Assembly: GCA_013265495.1 (NCBI GenBank)
Contig: MU058213.1
Location: forward strand, 6,898,066 to 6,962,065
DNA from: Vicugna vicugna
Lineage: Eukaryota
DNA length: 64,000 nucleotides
Direction of reading: 5' to 3'
Position numbers and translations under genes: made by a program. How positions within the stretch are numbered: position 1 is the first letter of the stretch; each line of letters opens with the position of its first letter. Below are positions 62,950-64,000 of this stretch, one piece after another. The notes under the pieces were generated by a model. It had not been told where the DNA came from, searched no databases, and saw nothing but the letters and a program-made list of their open reading frames with translations.

Positions 62950-63040
62950 ACCTGTGAATACCACAGACAGGTTCAGTAAGAAGACTCCACAACCTGTGAA
63001 TACCACACAGAGGATCAGCAGGAACTGTGAAAACCACAGA
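62950..63040 (+). repeat. Short direct repeats in the ERV 3' untranslated region
   Basis: ACCTGTGAATACCACA at 62950 and 62992; degenerate third copy near 63024. Confidence 0.8.
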
Positions 63041-63110
63041 GCAGCAGCTGGCAGTAGTGCTAATGCTTAAATTTTGATCACATCTCTTAGTTACACTGAG
63101 AGTCGAGATC

Positions 63111-63122
63111 AAAAAGGGGGAA
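63111..63122 (+). other. Polypurine tract
   Basis: AAAAAGGGGGAA immediately before the 3' LTR. Confidence 0.9.
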
Positions 63123-63123
63123 T

Positions 63124-63506
63124 TATTCAAAACAAGGTAACAGGCCCCAAATGGAGTCATTTATGCCAAGCCCTACGTCACCAAACTGAGACTTAATTTC
63201 AGGTTTGGCTCTCCCAGAAATAGGCTCTTAAACCAGTCAGTCAGGAATCACCTGGTTAGCACTTATTAGGTAACCTGCCTGACAGACCCCTGCCATCTCA
63301 TAAACAAAAGTGACCGTGCAATAACCAACCCACTTTTTTGCCTAATGTAATTTCCTTGTTCTCATCCCTTCTGGCTATAACAGTCTTTCATTGTATACAG
63401 CTCCCTGGAGCCATTTCTATGTGCTAGATTGAAAGGTGCCTGATTCAAACTGATTTTGGTGCAAATACACTCTGAATCCCAGGATGCCCCAGTTTTTCTT
63501 TTGACA
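63124..63506 (+). repeat. ERV 3' LTR
   Basis: Starts TA (TG mutated), ends CA, alignable to the 5' LTR, followed by the GTAG TSD. Confidence 0.9.
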
Positions 63507-64000
63507 GTAGTATTCGCTTTTGTGAATCCAGGCTTTCATACCAAGGTTTGTATAAAACAAGATGCACCTTTATTTCTTGGTATAGAATTATAGTAACTGT
63601 CTTCGATCACTTGTTGCCTCCCATACTAATCTCACCAGGATGTTGGGTGGTAGTGATTATCCTTCTTTTGAAAGGAATTATTTCAGGTGCTAAAGAAAGG
63701 ATTTTTACGTGTTATTTCATTCCATCCCCTGCCTGAATAGTCTTCACATTTGATCTTAATTCTACCATGTTTTCATTCACCTACTTCCCTTCCATCAGAA
63801 ATTTCACCCAGATAGGATGCTTCCATTTGGTGAAGTGCCGGGGGAGCAAATCTTGCTCTTTTTCCACAGAAGGAGACATGGCTGCCTGGGATTGGGGGAT
63901 TTAGAATTTCTTATTAATGGCAAAATCTGGAATGTTGTTGTAACTCAGGCAGCTAGTCCACAATGGTCAGTGTCCTAAAGAAAACAGGGCAGTCTGGGGT

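Larger units (their letters stand above)
58610..63506 (+). mobile_element. Two-LTR, internally deleted class I endogenous retrovirus (MER4-group-like)
   Basis: Paired LTRs, GTAG TSD (58606-58609 / 63507-63510), PBS, PPT, and gag, integrase and env remnants in order. Confidence 0.93.

Noticed and set aside
62950..63040. Spaced direct repeats superficially like a CRISPR array
   Set aside because: Only 2-3 degenerate 16-bp units inside a mammalian ERV 3' region, with no cas genes

Overview
Non-coding mammalian genomic DNA, either a gene desert or a very large intron. No protein-coding exon could be supported: the ORF-track hits are L1 ORF2 remnants, ERV env remnants or chance ORFs. Four copies of a tRNA-Ala-derived SINE of the camelid vic-1 type, and no recognisable Alu, B1/B2, Bov-A/BovB, PRE-1, ERE or CanSINE, point to a camelid genome (inference). 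The window is a mosaic of old repeats (MIR, L2, MER5, MER53, MLT1, L1M) and younger L1/SINE insertions, many with visible target-site duplications (TSDs). Main highlights: (i) a two-LTR, internally deleted class I (MER4-group-like) provirus at 58610-63506 with GTAG TSD, tRNA-Leu PBS, PPT and gag-MA, integrase C-terminal and env remnants; (ii) four GACCACC (GLI-type core) motifs within 65 bp at about 44.35-44.42 kb; (iii) several repeat-free, homeodomain/POU/TCF-motif-rich blocks that look like developmental enhancers; (iv) an L1 insertion whose 3' end is replaced by about 280 bp of other polyadenylated sequence; (v) a MER41-like solo LTR and two MER53 hairpin elements, one with a miR-1302-like arm. 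Repeat subfamily names come from recalled consensus sequences and boundaries of old repeats are approximate. I cannot name the host locus and see no evidence of a novel protein-coding system.
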